From: a bacterium
GTDB lineage: Bacteria > CLD3 > SB21
Direction: 5' to 3'
NCBI GenBank assembly: GCA_013360215.1
Contig: JABWCP010000008.1
Coordinates: 1 to 64,000, forward strand
Length of the DNA stretch: 64,000 nt
The translations under genes were made by a program, and so were the position numbers. The notes under the pieces were generated by a model, which saw only the letters and a list, made by a program, of their open reading frames with translations, was not told where the DNA came from and did not search any database. Shown one piece after another: positions 1 to 9,841 of the stretch (position 1 is the first letter of the stretch; the number at the start of each line of letters is the position of its first letter).

Positions 1-316
1 GTTATTCGTATTGTCTCACCCGCGTACGCGGGTGTCTATGTGACCACAGGTTTAGCATTGTGGTTAACGAATTTATTTCTTCTCCGTAGGTTCCCGCTTT
101 CGCGGGAACGACACGCTTTCGCGGGAACGACACGCTTTCGCGGGAACGACATGCTTGCACGGGCGTGGCCGCGTGAAGTTATTCGTATTGTCTCACCCGC
201 GTACGCGGGTGTCTAAGTGACCACAGGTTTAGCATTGTGGTTAACGAATTTATTTCTTCTCCGTGGGTTCCCGCTTTCGTGGGAACGACATGCTTTCGCG
301 GGAACGACATGCTTGC
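1..316. repeat. ~177-bp tandem repeat (2 copies visible, may extend left of window) built from REP/dRS3-like palindromes, with a nested 19-bp tandem sub-repeat
   Basis: Units start at 1 and 178. Each has CACCCGCGTACGCGGGTG and GTTCCCGCTTTCGYGGGAACGAC palindromes. YGCTTTCGYGGGAACGACA occurs 3x (95-151) in unit 1 and 2x (272-309) in unit 2. Confidence 0.9.
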
Positions 317-525
317 GCCGGAATAGTAACCTTTCAAGGAAACGGTAAGACAATGGTGTGTGTTTTGCCTTACCCGCACTGTCATTCGCGCAGAAATGGA
401 AAAAGTATGCATAAAAAATTTTGTAAGTCCAGTTTGATCTACAAATTTCAGTAATCGGGATCGAACCATATATCTACAGATCAAACAAACGTAAAATCAG
501 AGATGCTTAATATATGAAAAACTGA

Positions 526-921
526 TCAATGCAGAACGCGGCTCTCGATCATAATACACGCATTGGCTAAATAATTGAATCGCCGGGTTTCAAGAAAGTT
601 CAGCACTTCGTCGTTTTCCGAACCGGGTTGCAGCCATACATTGGTATGTCCGAGTTCCAGGCACTCTTGTAGGATATTTAAAGTCACCGAAGGAGGGACG
701 ACAAAATTGATGATCGTCGGTTTTACGGGTAATGCCGCGAGATTGGCATAGGCTTTATCCCCCTCGACTTCGGTGGCTGAGGGATTAACAGGAAAAATCG
801 TATACCCTTTACGCCGAAGATCGCGATAAATCGTATTGCCGTATTTATTGGGATTATTATTGGCCCCCACGACGGCGATCGTCACCTGCGGTTCGCGCAG
901 CAGATCAAGGATATCTTTCAT
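526..921 (-). CDS. CoA-binding protein (YccU-like)
   Basis: IAVVGANNNPNKYG, IFPVNP, VWLQPG, NACIMIE motifs typical of the CoA_binding_2 family. Confidence 0.88.
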   Translation of the reverse strand: MKDILDLLREPQVTIAVVGANNNPNKYGNTIYRDLRRKGYTIFPVNPSATEVEGDKAYANLAALPVKPTIINFVVPPSVTLNILQECLELGHTNVWLQPGSENDEVLNFLETRRFNYLANACIMIESRVLH

Positions 922-924
922 CGG

Positions 925-1548
925 TCACTCCATTTCTTTTTTCAAAAGATGGTCCGTGGATTTTACGGCACCTTGCATGATGGCCATATCCAGGATCTGC
1001 AATAAGTGTCGCAATTCTTTCATATCATCCAAGTACCACTGCATCCCCGGTTTTAATCGTCCGGAGCGATCATAAAAATCATCATTTGTATACGACGGGC
1101 CGTGAAACCACCGGCGGCATTCGTTTTGAAAAACATCCGATTTTTTTTCGATCAACGTGATCAGATTGGAACCCTGACTGATACTCACGATATGCTCGCG
1201 TTCGATATTTTCCAAATAGTCCGAATTGAACGCCGCACGAACTACCAGCATCGTGGAAGTAAAATCAATCGTAGGGTGAAATTTTAATTCCGGTTTTTTT
1301 CCGGCGGCCATGGCCGATTCATAAAACACAATCAACGAATCCAAAACTTGCATGCGCGGGATAACCATTTGCCGATCCATGCGCACCAGATCTTCGCGAA
1401 ACGTCTGCAGAAATGCGATCCGTGCCCGTTTGGCGCGTTGCTGATCCTGAAAATCCGATACGACAAAAGCACCATACACACCGGCAAATACGATGAGGAG
1501 TTCAAAAATTAATCGGCCTACGAAATGTTCTTTTTTTTCTTCAGACAT
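925..1548 (-). CDS. hypothetical protein with N-terminal membrane anchor
   Basis: 207-aa ORF, N-terminal hydrophobic helix (LIFELLIVFAGVYGAFVVS), 3 nt from the next gene. Confidence 0.75.
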   Translation of the reverse strand: MSEEKKEHFVGRLIFELLIVFAGVYGAFVVSDFQDQQRAKRARIAFLQTFREDLVRMDRQMVIPRMQVLDSLIVFYESAMAAGKKPELKFHPTIDFTSTMLVVRAAFNSDYLENIEREHIVSISQGSNLITLIEKKSDVFQNECRRWFHGPSYTNDDFYDRSGRLKPGMQWYLDDMKELRHLLQILDMAIMQGAVKSTDHLLKKEME

Positions 1549-1632
1549 GCACAGCTCCCGATTTTGTCGTCAATCTAATGGCCTACGTAACAAATTACAA
1601 ACACAAAACGGGCGTCCAATGATTCGATGCAA

Positions 1633-1982
1633 TATACCCATGTCAATTCAATTAAAAAGACTTTGATAATTTTTACGCCTTGGCGCTTTAGCAAGTACCT
1701 ATTCCCTCTCGCAAAGCCGCAAAGAGAAATGAAAAAGTCTTTTGAGATAATTTTTTATAGATCGCCTATTTGTCAACGAACCATTCACCGGTCGCTATAC
1801 CCATGCCAATTCAATTAAAAAAACTTTGATAATTTTTACGCCTTGGCGCTTTAGCGAGCACCTATTCGCTCGCGCAAAGCCGCAAAGAGAAATGAAAAAG
1901 TCTTTTGAGATAATTTTTTTTAGGGATCGCCTATTTGTCAACGAACCATTCACCGGTCGCTATACCCATGCCAATTCAATTA
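1633..1982. repeat. 163-165 bp tandem repeat (~2.1 copies) carrying the CTTRGCG..GCGAG / CTCGC..CGCAAAG palindrome family
   Basis: TATACCCATGYCAATTCAATT starts at 1633, 1796 and 1961; units are near-identical. Confidence 0.92.
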
Positions 1983-2179
1983 CAAAATCGTTATTCCTAT
2001 CCCGGGATGTTTATCGCGCTTCACGTTTTAATTGTGATACCTCGTCTCGGTACAGCAACGCTACTCGATGAGTAATTAATCCTCCATGTGATTAATAGAT
2101 GCTGTGGTTGTTGGATCATTCTATCCATTCTTCACTTTCTCAAAATTCCTACGATGTATTTATTTGAACCATTTATTGA

Positions 2180-2285
2180 GTGTACGGATTCGTACACCCC
2201 TGCACGCATGCGAACGATTTTCGTGCTTATTTATAAAATGAAAATTATTAAAAACAACTATTTAACCATTGGCACAAGAATTGAC
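2180..2285 (+). promoter_or_regulatory. sigma-54-type promoter with upstream enhancer-binding-protein sites and a possible IHF site
   Basis: TTGGCAC-N5-TTGAC at 2269-2285; perfect inverted repeat GTGTACG-GATT-CGTACAC at 2180-2197 and a degenerate copy at 2201-2217; AAACAA-N4-TTA at 2252-2264. Confidence 0.65.
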
Positions 2286-2345
2286 AATAAATAGTATTGA
2301 GTTAGGTTTATCAATTATCAACCGCATTGAAACACGACAGGTAAC

Positions 2346-3599
2346 ATGGACCGGAAAATCGAAAAAAAGACATGGACTCCCAAACGCATTGCGATCATCG
2401 GCGGTGGCGCATTGTTTGTTTTTTTCATCGCGTATCAATTTCTCTTCGGAGACAATTCCACGAAGCTCAATGTCAAATCCGACAAAATCACCATCGCCAA
2501 AGTGACGAAAGGCCCGTTTCAGGAATTCATACCTGTAACCGGCAACGTCATGCCGATCAAAACGATTTACCTCGACGCGATGGAAGGCGGACGTGTGGAC
2601 AAACTTTTCGTCGAAGAAGGCGCGATGCTCAAACAAGGCGAAGAGATTCTCAAACTGACGAACACCAATTTGCAAATGGATGTCATGTTTCGCGAAGCGC
2701 AGTTATTTGAACAGATCAACAACCTGCGCAATACGCGGTTATCTTACGAACAAACCCGTTTGCGCAACAAAAGCGACCTGATCAATCTGGATTATGAAAT
2801 TCAGAAACTCAAACGCACGTACGATATTCAGAAAGGCCTGCAATCGCAGAATCTGACCACGCCGCAAGAATTTGAAACCGCACGGGACGAATACGACTAC
2901 GCCGCCAAGCGGCGCGATCTGCTATTGGAAACCATGCGCCAGGATTCGATCTTGCGCGCCGTGCAGATGCAATCGCTGGAAGCCAGTATCGAGCACATGG
3001 GAACCAACCTCAATACCATCAAAGAGAACCTCGCCAATCTTACCATCCGCGCGCCTATCGCAGGGCAACTCACGTCACGCAACGCGGAACTTGGTGAATC
3101 CAAACGCTCCGGCGATCGCCTCGGGCAAATCGACGTGCTGGACGGCTTTAAAGTGCGTGCCGGCATTGACGAACACTACATCGCACGAATTCAGATCGGG
3201 CAGACCGGCGAATTTGATCTCGCCGGAAAAACGTACAATCTCGTGATCAAAAAAGTTTATCCGGAAGTTCAGAACGGACGTTTTGAAGTGGATATGGAAT
3301 TTCAAGGCGACACACCTAAGGACATTCGTCGCGGCCAAAGTTTGCAGATCCGTCTGGAATTGGGCGATTTGCAGGAGGCCGTACTTGTACCCCGCGGCGG
3401 ATTTTATCAAAAAACCGGCGGGCAGTGGATTTTTGTCGTAGATCCGTCCGGCGACTTTGCCGTAAAACGGAATATTCGCCTCGGGCGCCAAAACCCGCAG
3501 GTTTTTGAAGTCATGGACGGAATCTTCCCCGGCGAACAAGTCATCACATCCAGCTACGACAGTTACGGTGATGTGGACAAACTCATGCTGAATAAGTAG
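2346..3599 (+). CDS. efflux transporter periplasmic adaptor subunit (MacA/HlyD-like)
   Basis: N-terminal TM, lipoyl half-motifs (EGGRVDKLFVEEGAMLKQG; IRAPIAGQL), coiled coil, beta-barrel and membrane-proximal C-terminus. Confidence 0.92.
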   Translation: MDRKIEKKTWTPKRIAIIGGGALFVFFIAYQFLFGDNSTKLNVKSDKITIAKVTKGPFQEFIPVTGNVMPIKTIYLDAMEGGRVDKLFVEEGAMLKQGEEILKLTNTNLQMDVMFREAQLFEQINNLRNTRLSYEQTRLRNKSDLINLDYEIQKLKRTYDIQKGLQSQNLTTPQEFETARDEYDYAAKRRDLLLETMRQDSILRAVQMQSLEASIEHMGTNLNTIKENLANLTIRAPIAGQLTSRNAELGESKRSGDRLGQIDVLDGFKVRAGIDEHYIARIQIGQTGEFDLAGKTYNLVIKKVYPEVQNGRFEVDMEFQGDTPKDIRRGQSLQIRLELGDLQEAVLVPRGGFYQKTGGQWIFVVDPSGDFAVKRNIRLGRQNPQVFEVMDGIFPGEQVITSSYDSYGDVDKLMLNK

Positions 3600-3653
3600 C
3601 AGACGGTAGACGGCAGACGGGAAACGGGACACGGGAAACGGCAGACGGAAAGC
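3598..3653 (+). repeat. heptamer tandem array (8 degenerate units, GGSARAC-like)
   Basis: AGCAGAC GGTAGAC GGCAGAC GGGAAAC GGGACAC GGGAAAC GGCAGAC GGAAAGC directly after the adaptor gene. Confidence 0.9.
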
Positions 3654-3677
3654 GATAATAAATTAGGAGATTTTGTA

Positions 3678-4070
3678 ATGAATGAGAACGGTATGCTGAA
3701 TTTGGGTCATAAAAATTTAGATGTATGGAAACTGAGTATCGAATTGGTAACTAAAATTTACGCCATAACAGAAAATTTTCCAAAAACAGAGATGTATGGT
3801 ATCACCAATCAACTTCGGCGAGCGGCGGTGTCGGTTTCATCAAATATCGCCGAAGGCGCTGCACGACGATCTCAACTCGAACGACGTCGCTACTATGAGA
3901 TTGCGCGTTCTTCTTTAGTAGAAATTGATACGCAATTAGAAATTGCGTTACGCCTGAAGTTTTGCATCAGAGAAAATTTGCATTCTATCTCTGATCTACT
4001 AAACCATGTATTTGCCAGTCTTTCTAAATTAGTAAAAAGCACTATCCATAAAACATTAACGAAAAATTAA
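3678..4070 (+). CDS. four-helix-bundle protein (23S rRNA intervening-sequence protein / Avd-like)
   Basis: HKNLDVWKLS...FPKTEMYGITNQLRRAAVSVSSNIAEG...IARSSLVEIDTQL signature; AGGAG SD; AT-richer than neighbours. Confidence 0.92.
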   Translation: MNENGMLNLGHKNLDVWKLSIELVTKIYAITENFPKTEMYGITNQLRRAAVSVSSNIAEGAARRSQLERRRYYEIARSSLVEIDTQLEIALRLKFCIRENLHSISDLLNHVFASLSKLVKSTIHKTLTKN

Positions 4071-4097
4071 TCCATATCACTTTTAGGAGATGCCTGT

Positions 4098-4787
4098 ATG
4101 ATCAAAGCCAAGAATCTAAACAAGATGTACACCACGGACGAAGTGGAAACAACCGCACTGAATAACGTCAACTTTGAAATCAACGACAGCGAGTTCGTCG
4201 CAATCATGGGACCATCCGGTTGCGGTAAATCCACGCTGCTCAATATCATCGGCTTACTCGACAATCCGACCAGCGGTGAATATCATTTTGTCGGGCATGA
4301 GGTATCACGCTACTCCGAGCGCCAACGTTCCAATCTGCGCAAAGCCAATATCGGTTTTGTGTTTCAGAGTTTTAACCTCATCGACGAACTGACGGTGTAT
4401 GAAAATGTCGAGTTGCCGCTTTTGTATCTCGGTATGACGGCATCGGATCGTAAAAAACGCGTCGAAGAAACCCTGGAACATATGCAAATCATGCACCGCC
4501 GCAATCACTTTCCGCAACAACTTTCCGGCGGTCAGCAGCAGCGTGTGGCCGTGTCGCGCGCCGTCGTCGCCAAACCCAAACTGATCCTCGCCGACGAACC
4601 TACGGGTAACCTTGATTCCGCGCACGGTGAAGAAGTGATGCGCCTGCTGACCGACCTCAACAAAGCCGGCACCACCATCATCATGGTAACGCACTCCCCG
4701 TCGCATGCCGAATATGCGCACCGCATCATTCACCTCTTCGACGGTCACATCGTGACGGAGAACATGAAAGAAGCGGCTAAGATATAA
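4098..4787 (+). CDS. ABC transporter ATP-binding protein (MacB/LolD family)
   Basis: Walker A GPSGCGKS, LSGGQQQR signature, ILADEPTGNLD, H-loop VTH. Confidence 0.96.
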   Translation: MIKAKNLNKMYTTDEVETTALNNVNFEINDSEFVAIMGPSGCGKSTLLNIIGLLDNPTSGEYHFVGHEVSRYSERQRSNLRKANIGFVFQSFNLIDELTVYENVELPLLYLGMTASDRKKRVEETLEHMQIMHRRNHFPQQLSGGQQQRVAVSRAVVAKPKLILADEPTGNLDSAHGEEVMRLLTDLNKAGTTIIMVTHSPSHAEYAHRIIHLFDGHIVTENMKEAAKI

Positions 4788-4792
4788 CAGAT

Positions 4793-4918
4793 GGCAAATG
4801 GCAAATGGCAGACGGGAAACGGCAAATGGCAAACGGCAAACGGCAGACGGGAAACGGCAAATGGCAAATGGCAGACGGGAAACGGCAAATGGCAAACGGC
4901 AGACGGGAAACGGGAAAC
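4793..4918 (+). repeat. heptamer tandem array, 18 units, consensus GGSARAY
   Basis: Uninterrupted run of GGCAAAT/GGCAAAC/GGCAGAC/GGGAAAC starting 5 nt after the ATPase stop. Confidence 0.95.
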
Positions 4919-4953
4919 AGTGAAGAAAGAAGTAAAAACATAAGGCGGGGACT

Positions 4954-7326
4954 ATGATCAGGAATTATTTGAAAATCGCGATACGGAATATGCAAAAAAA
5001 TGCTTTGCATACTTTTTTTAACGTATTGGGACTGGCGATGGGTATCGCATGCTGTATCACGGTATATATATTCGTGGATACGATGCTCAATATGGATACC
5101 GCGCATCGCGAGGCCGAACGTATATTCACGATCAATCACGTTCGCCTGATCAATAACCGCGAAGAATTCTGGGGTTTGTCCAAAGGACCGCTTGGCCCGG
5201 CTATTAAAAACGACTTTCCGGAAGTCACTGATTTTATCCGTCTGGATGACAATAATGCCGTGGTCAAGCGCGGCGATCTTATCTTTAACGAAGATATTCG
5301 TTTTGCCGACGCCAATTTCTTTTCCATGTTCACCTTTTCATTGGCTTCCGGTGTCGGCAGCGATCTGACTCAGAAAAACGCCATTTTTTTGAGCGAAGAA
5401 AAAGCGCTGAAATATTTTGGCGATCAAAATCCTGTCGGTCAAACGTTGACTTTGATTTTTGAAGGCGAAAAACGTTTGGAGTTTGTCGTCAAAGGTGTGG
5501 CCAAAAAATTTCCCCGCAACACCAGTTTCGCATTCAACTTTCTCGTCAATTACGAAAACATCAAAGATATTTACCCCCAAGCGGATCGCTGGACTTACAA
5601 CGTCAGCGCTACATTTATCAAGCTGCATCGTCCGGAAGATGCGTTCAAAGTAGAACAGGGGCTTTCCCGATATTTGGCGCTTCAAAATGAAAGCAATCCC
5701 AATCAGCCCGCGCAGCGTTTTTATCTCGACAATCTGCTCACGATGTCTAAAAATTCGTGGCAGGTACGCGGTGATATTTCCGGCGGTACCAATCCGCACG
5801 GCATTTACACACTGACTTTCATCGCCGCACTGGTCATGCTGATGGCCTGCTTTAACTATATCAATATAGCCGTGGCCTCGGCGGCACGTCGTTTTAAAGA
5901 AATCGGAATTCGCAAAGTCGTCGGCGGAACCCGCGGGCAACTCGTCAAACAATTTCTGACAGAAAATTTTATTACCACGCTGACGGCTTTAGGTTTAGGT
6001 ATCGTGTTTGCAGAAACTCTTACCATACCATTTTTTAATTCCATCATACAAGGCAACACGGTATTAGCGTTTGATATTTCCGCTGATCTGCGCGTTGTTA
6101 TTTTTTTAGCCGTACTGACCTCTTCGATCGGACTTTTAGCAGGGCTGTATCCGTCGTTGTACATGAGTTCGTTCAAACCTGTTAACATTCTCAAAGATGT
6201 TCAAAAAATAGACGGCAACCGTTGGTTGGGTAAAACGCTTCTCGTATTACAATTTTCCATTTCACTTTTTGCGGTCATCGCCGGCATTATTTTTACACAA
6301 AACGCCGAATACATCAAAACTTTGGATTACGGCTACGAAGATGATCAGATCGTCGCTTTGTATTTCAAACAATCCGCGCAGTTTCATCAATTTGAACAAA
6401 AAATACGGCAGGACTCGAGAATTCACGCCATCGCCGGTTCCGCGCATCACGCCGGACGCAATATCATGGGAAATGTCGTTTATGAATCCAACGGTGCGCC
6501 GTCCCAAGCTAACGTCATGCGCGTGGGTTCCGACTACATACAGACTTTGGCTTTGCGCATGAAACAAGGACGCGCTTTTGATCGTGCGATGACGACCGAC
6601 GCTGAAAATAGCGCCATCGTCAATGCGACCTTAGTCAAGGCACAAGGATGGACGGAACCTATAGGACAGCGCCTCAAAATGAACGACAAAGAATTGACTG
6701 TCGTCGGTGTCGTGGAAGATTTTTTTTACCGTTCGTACCACCGCGCCATAGACCCTTGTATCCTGACGATGATACCGGACGACGAATACCGTTTCATGTC
6801 CATCAAAGTAGCGCCGGAACACGTTTTGTCTATTCGTCCGTTATTGGAATCAACATGGCACGAGATTTTGCCGGACGAACCGTTTGACATGATTTATCAA
6901 AATGAAATTTTTCTGGAAGATCTGACGGAGGATGAGCAAGTAAAAAACGTGTTTCTGTATGTCGCCATCATGACCTTAATGATCGCCGCGATGGGGTTAT
7001 TTGCTTTGGTATCGCTATCCATCGCCAAACGGACGAAAGAAATCGGTATTCGCAAAGTACTGGGCGCATCCGTAGCGCACGTGATACACCTTGTCAATCG
7101 GGATTTCTATTGGCTGATCGGTATTGCTTCGGTCATTATTTTTCCGATCGCATTTTTTCTGCTTACCAATCTGCTTAATAGTATTTATGCCGTGCATGTT
7201 GATATCACGGCATTACCCTTCATACTCAGCGTATTGATATTCGGTCTGGTGGCAGCCATCACAATCGGCATGCGGGTATATGGCGTCGCGAAGGAAAACC
7301 CCGTACATGCTTTGAAGTATGAATAA
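4954..7326 (+). CDS. ABC permease, double MacB_PCD+FtsX (paralogue 1/12)
   Basis: Two R.KEIGIRKV.G motifs, 2x4 TM pattern, C-terminal NPVHALKYE. Confidence 0.93.
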   Translation: MIRNYLKIAIRNMQKNALHTFFNVLGLAMGIACCITVYIFVDTMLNMDTAHREAERIFTINHVRLINNREEFWGLSKGPLGPAIKNDFPEVTDFIRLDDNNAVVKRGDLIFNEDIRFADANFFSMFTFSLASGVGSDLTQKNAIFLSEEKALKYFGDQNPVGQTLTLIFEGEKRLEFVVKGVAKKFPRNTSFAFNFLVNYENIKDIYPQADRWTYNVSATFIKLHRPEDAFKVEQGLSRYLALQNESNPNQPAQRFYLDNLLTMSKNSWQVRGDISGGTNPHGIYTLTFIAALVMLMACFNYINIAVASAARRFKEIGIRKVVGGTRGQLVKQFLTENFITTLTALGLGIVFAETLTIPFFNSIIQGNTVLAFDISADLRVVIFLAVLTSSIGLLAGLYPSLYMSSFKPVNILKDVQKIDGNRWLGKTLLVLQFSISLFAVIAGIIFTQNAEYIKTLDYGYEDDQIVALYFKQSAQFHQFEQKIRQDSRIHAIAGSAHHAGRNIMGNVVYESNGAPSQANVMRVGSDYIQTLALRMKQGRAFDRAMTTDAENSAIVNATLVKAQGWTEPIGQRLKMNDKELTVVGVVEDFFYRSYHRAIDPCILTMIPDDEYRFMSIKVAPEHVLSIRPLLESTWHEILPDEPFDMIYQNEIFLEDLTEDEQVKNVFLYVAIMTLMIAAMGLFALVSLSIAKRTKEIGIRKVLGASVAHVIHLVNRDFYWLIGIASVIIFPIAFFLLTNLLNSIYAVHVDITALPFILSVLIFGLVAAITIGMRVYGVAKENPVHALKYE

Positions 7327-7405
7327 CCGACGGGAAACTACATCGCAACAAGTCATTCTGTTTGACGATGTTTGATTTTAAAAATTTTTATTTCGGAGTA
7401 CACCT

Positions 7406-9808
7406 ATGATCAAAAATTATTTACAAACCGCATGGCGCGTTTTGCTGCGCAATCGAGGATATGCGTCTATTAATATTTTCGGTCTGACTCTCGGTATGAC
7501 CTGCGCGTTTATGATTTTTTTGATCGTACGCTTTCACCTCAGTTTCAACGACCAGCATCATTTCAAAGATCGCATTTACCGCGTCACGACGACGGATAAA
7601 CGCGCCGCTCAGGAAGACGCGACGAGCATGGGCACGCCGTATCCAATTTCAGGTATACTGCGCACGGGATTCCCCGAAATCGAAACGGTAGCCGTAACCG
7701 ACTATGTGTACAATGGTCAGGTTCTGATCCCGCAACAGAGCGGCGAACCTAAAAAATTCAGCGAAACCAGCGGTATCGCATTTGTTCAGCCTCAGTTTTT
7801 CGACATGTTTGATTTTCCCTGGATCGAGGGCACGCCCAAAACTCTGGACGAACTGAATACCGTTGCTTTGAGTCAAACGTTGAGTAAAAAATATTTCCCC
7901 GAAGGTAATCCCATCGGAAAAATCATTCGTCTGGATAATGAGCACGATCTTAAAGTTACGGGCATTTTCAAAGATTTTCCGGCTAACTCCGACTTCCCCT
8001 TTCAGATGGCGATCGCGTTTGAAACCTCGCGGGCCATGTATCCCAACAATAAAACAGAATGGGGTTCCACCTCGAGCAATACGAACACATACGTACTATT
8101 TAAAGAGAATTTCGACCTTCGCGCGGCCGAGACCAAACTGAACGAAGAAGCCAAAAAACACCGGGAGATACGACCGGGTTTTGATCGGATTTTTTTATTT
8201 CAGCCGCTTGACGCCATTCATTACGACAGCCATTTCGGTTCATATGCCGGCGCCACCATAAGTCAAAATACGCTACTCACACTCGGTTTGATCGGATTTT
8301 TTCTGATTGTAACCGCTTGCATTAATTTCGTTAACCTTGCAACGGCCCAAGCTGTCAAACGCGCCAAAGAAGTCGGCGTGCGTAAAGTATTAGGCGCCAA
8401 TCGTTTTCAATTGGTCGCTCAATTTTATGGTGAAACGATTTTGATCACGCTGTTTGCAGTCATTCTTACATTCGGACTTACCGAATTTAGTTTCCCTAAA
8501 GTTATGGAATGGTTGGATCTGACTATTCCTTCCGCCTTGATCTGGAACGCCAACAGTCTTTTGTTTATAGCCGCTCTCTCGGTGGTGGTTATCTTTTTAG
8601 CCGGCCTTTACCCGGCGCTCGTCTTATCCGGATTCGGTCCTGCACTTGCGCTCAAAAGTAAGATCACTTCGCATCATTCCGGTGGCCTGTATCTGCGCAA
8701 AGGTCTCGTCGTTTTGCAGTTTTCGATTTCACAACTGCTGATCATCGGTACGATCATTGCGACAACGCAGTTGGATTTTTTCAACAAACAAGACCTTGGT
8801 TTCAATAAAGAAGCTGTGGTCATCGTACCGATACATGAACGGACCAAAACATTATTTGAAAGTTTGGAGCACCAATGGAAGAGCCATCCCGGCGTCGAAT
8901 CGGTGAGTTTTTCTTACGCCAGTGCCGCTTCAGGCAACCGCTGGACTTCCAATATCACTTTCTTAAAAAAGGATGAACCGATCGAATTAGACGTTGACCT
9001 CAAAATGGCTGATGATCATTATGCGGATATTTTCGGGTTACAATTTATAGCCGGGCGGAACTATGTAGCCGGTGATACATTGCGCGAAGTATTGATCAAT
9101 GAGACGATGGTTCGCAAACTCGGATTTTCTAATCCTCAGGATGCTATCGGCATTGAACTCAAGATCGGTGCACGTCGCCGCGTCAGCGTTGTCGGCGTTG
9201 TGCGGGACTTTAATGCCTCCTCACTCCATGATCCGATCGCTCCGTGCATAATTGCTACGAACAGTCGGTTTTATCAGGAGGCGTCCATAAAGATCAACAT
9301 GCAACAGGCAACGGAAGCCTTGAGACACATCGAAACAGTATGGAATTCTGCATTTCCTCAATACGTATTTGACCGACGTTTCCAGGACGAGACCATTGCC
9401 GAATTTTATGAGCAAGAACAAATCTATACCAATATGCTTCGCATTTTTTCGGGCATTGCTATTTTCATTGGTTGCCTCGGCCTGTTCGGTCTCGTTTCAT
9501 TTATGGCCACTCAAAAAACCAAAGAAATCGGCGTACGTAAAGTTCTTGGCGCCTCGGTCACGGATATACTACTCATATTTGGAAAAGAGTTTATCGCGCT
9601 GATCATTTTGGCCTTCATCATCGCCGCTCCGCTGGCTTACTACGCGATGCAACAATGGTTGCAAGATTTTGAGTACCGCATCACCCTCGGCCCGGCTGTT
9701 TTTGCCGCAGCGGTAATGGCTTCACTGATCATTGCCGGAGCCACCGTTGGGTATCAGGTATTTCGTGCCGCACGTGCCAATCCGGCCGATGCTTTGAAAT
9801 ACGAATAA
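7406..9808 (+). CDS. ABC permease, double MacB_PCD+FtsX (2/12)
   Basis: ACINFVNLATA..RAKEVGVRKVLGA; KEIGVRKVLGAS; NPADALKYE. Confidence 0.93.
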   Translation: MIKNYLQTAWRVLLRNRGYASINIFGLTLGMTCAFMIFLIVRFHLSFNDQHHFKDRIYRVTTTDKRAAQEDATSMGTPYPISGILRTGFPEIETVAVTDYVYNGQVLIPQQSGEPKKFSETSGIAFVQPQFFDMFDFPWIEGTPKTLDELNTVALSQTLSKKYFPEGNPIGKIIRLDNEHDLKVTGIFKDFPANSDFPFQMAIAFETSRAMYPNNKTEWGSTSSNTNTYVLFKENFDLRAAETKLNEEAKKHREIRPGFDRIFLFQPLDAIHYDSHFGSYAGATISQNTLLTLGLIGFFLIVTACINFVNLATAQAVKRAKEVGVRKVLGANRFQLVAQFYGETILITLFAVILTFGLTEFSFPKVMEWLDLTIPSALIWNANSLLFIAALSVVVIFLAGLYPALVLSGFGPALALKSKITSHHSGGLYLRKGLVVLQFSISQLLIIGTIIATTQLDFFNKQDLGFNKEAVVIVPIHERTKTLFESLEHQWKSHPGVESVSFSYASAASGNRWTSNITFLKKDEPIELDVDLKMADDHYADIFGLQFIAGRNYVAGDTLREVLINETMVRKLGFSNPQDAIGIELKIGARRRVSVVGVVRDFNASSLHDPIAPCIIATNSRFYQEASIKINMQQATEALRHIETVWNSAFPQYVFDRRFQDETIAEFYEQEQIYTNMLRIFSGIAIFIGCLGLFGLVSFMATQKTKEIGVRKVLGASVTDILLIFGKEFIALIILAFIIAAPLAYYAMQQWLQDFEYRITLGPAVFAAAVMASLIIAGATVGYQVFRAARANPADALKYE

Positions 9809-9841
9809 ATTGTCAACGCCTTACTTTTTTGGGAGAAATTA

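Noticed and set aside
179-2294. ORFs 179-484, 263-454, 1627-1818, 1826-2071 and 2088-2294
   Set aside because: They are read-throughs of tandem repeats or the promoter region with no protein-like features.
4305-5139. Minus-strand ORFs with (CRLPFAI)n repeats
   Set aside because: Translation artefact of the stop-free heptamer array, antisense to real genes.
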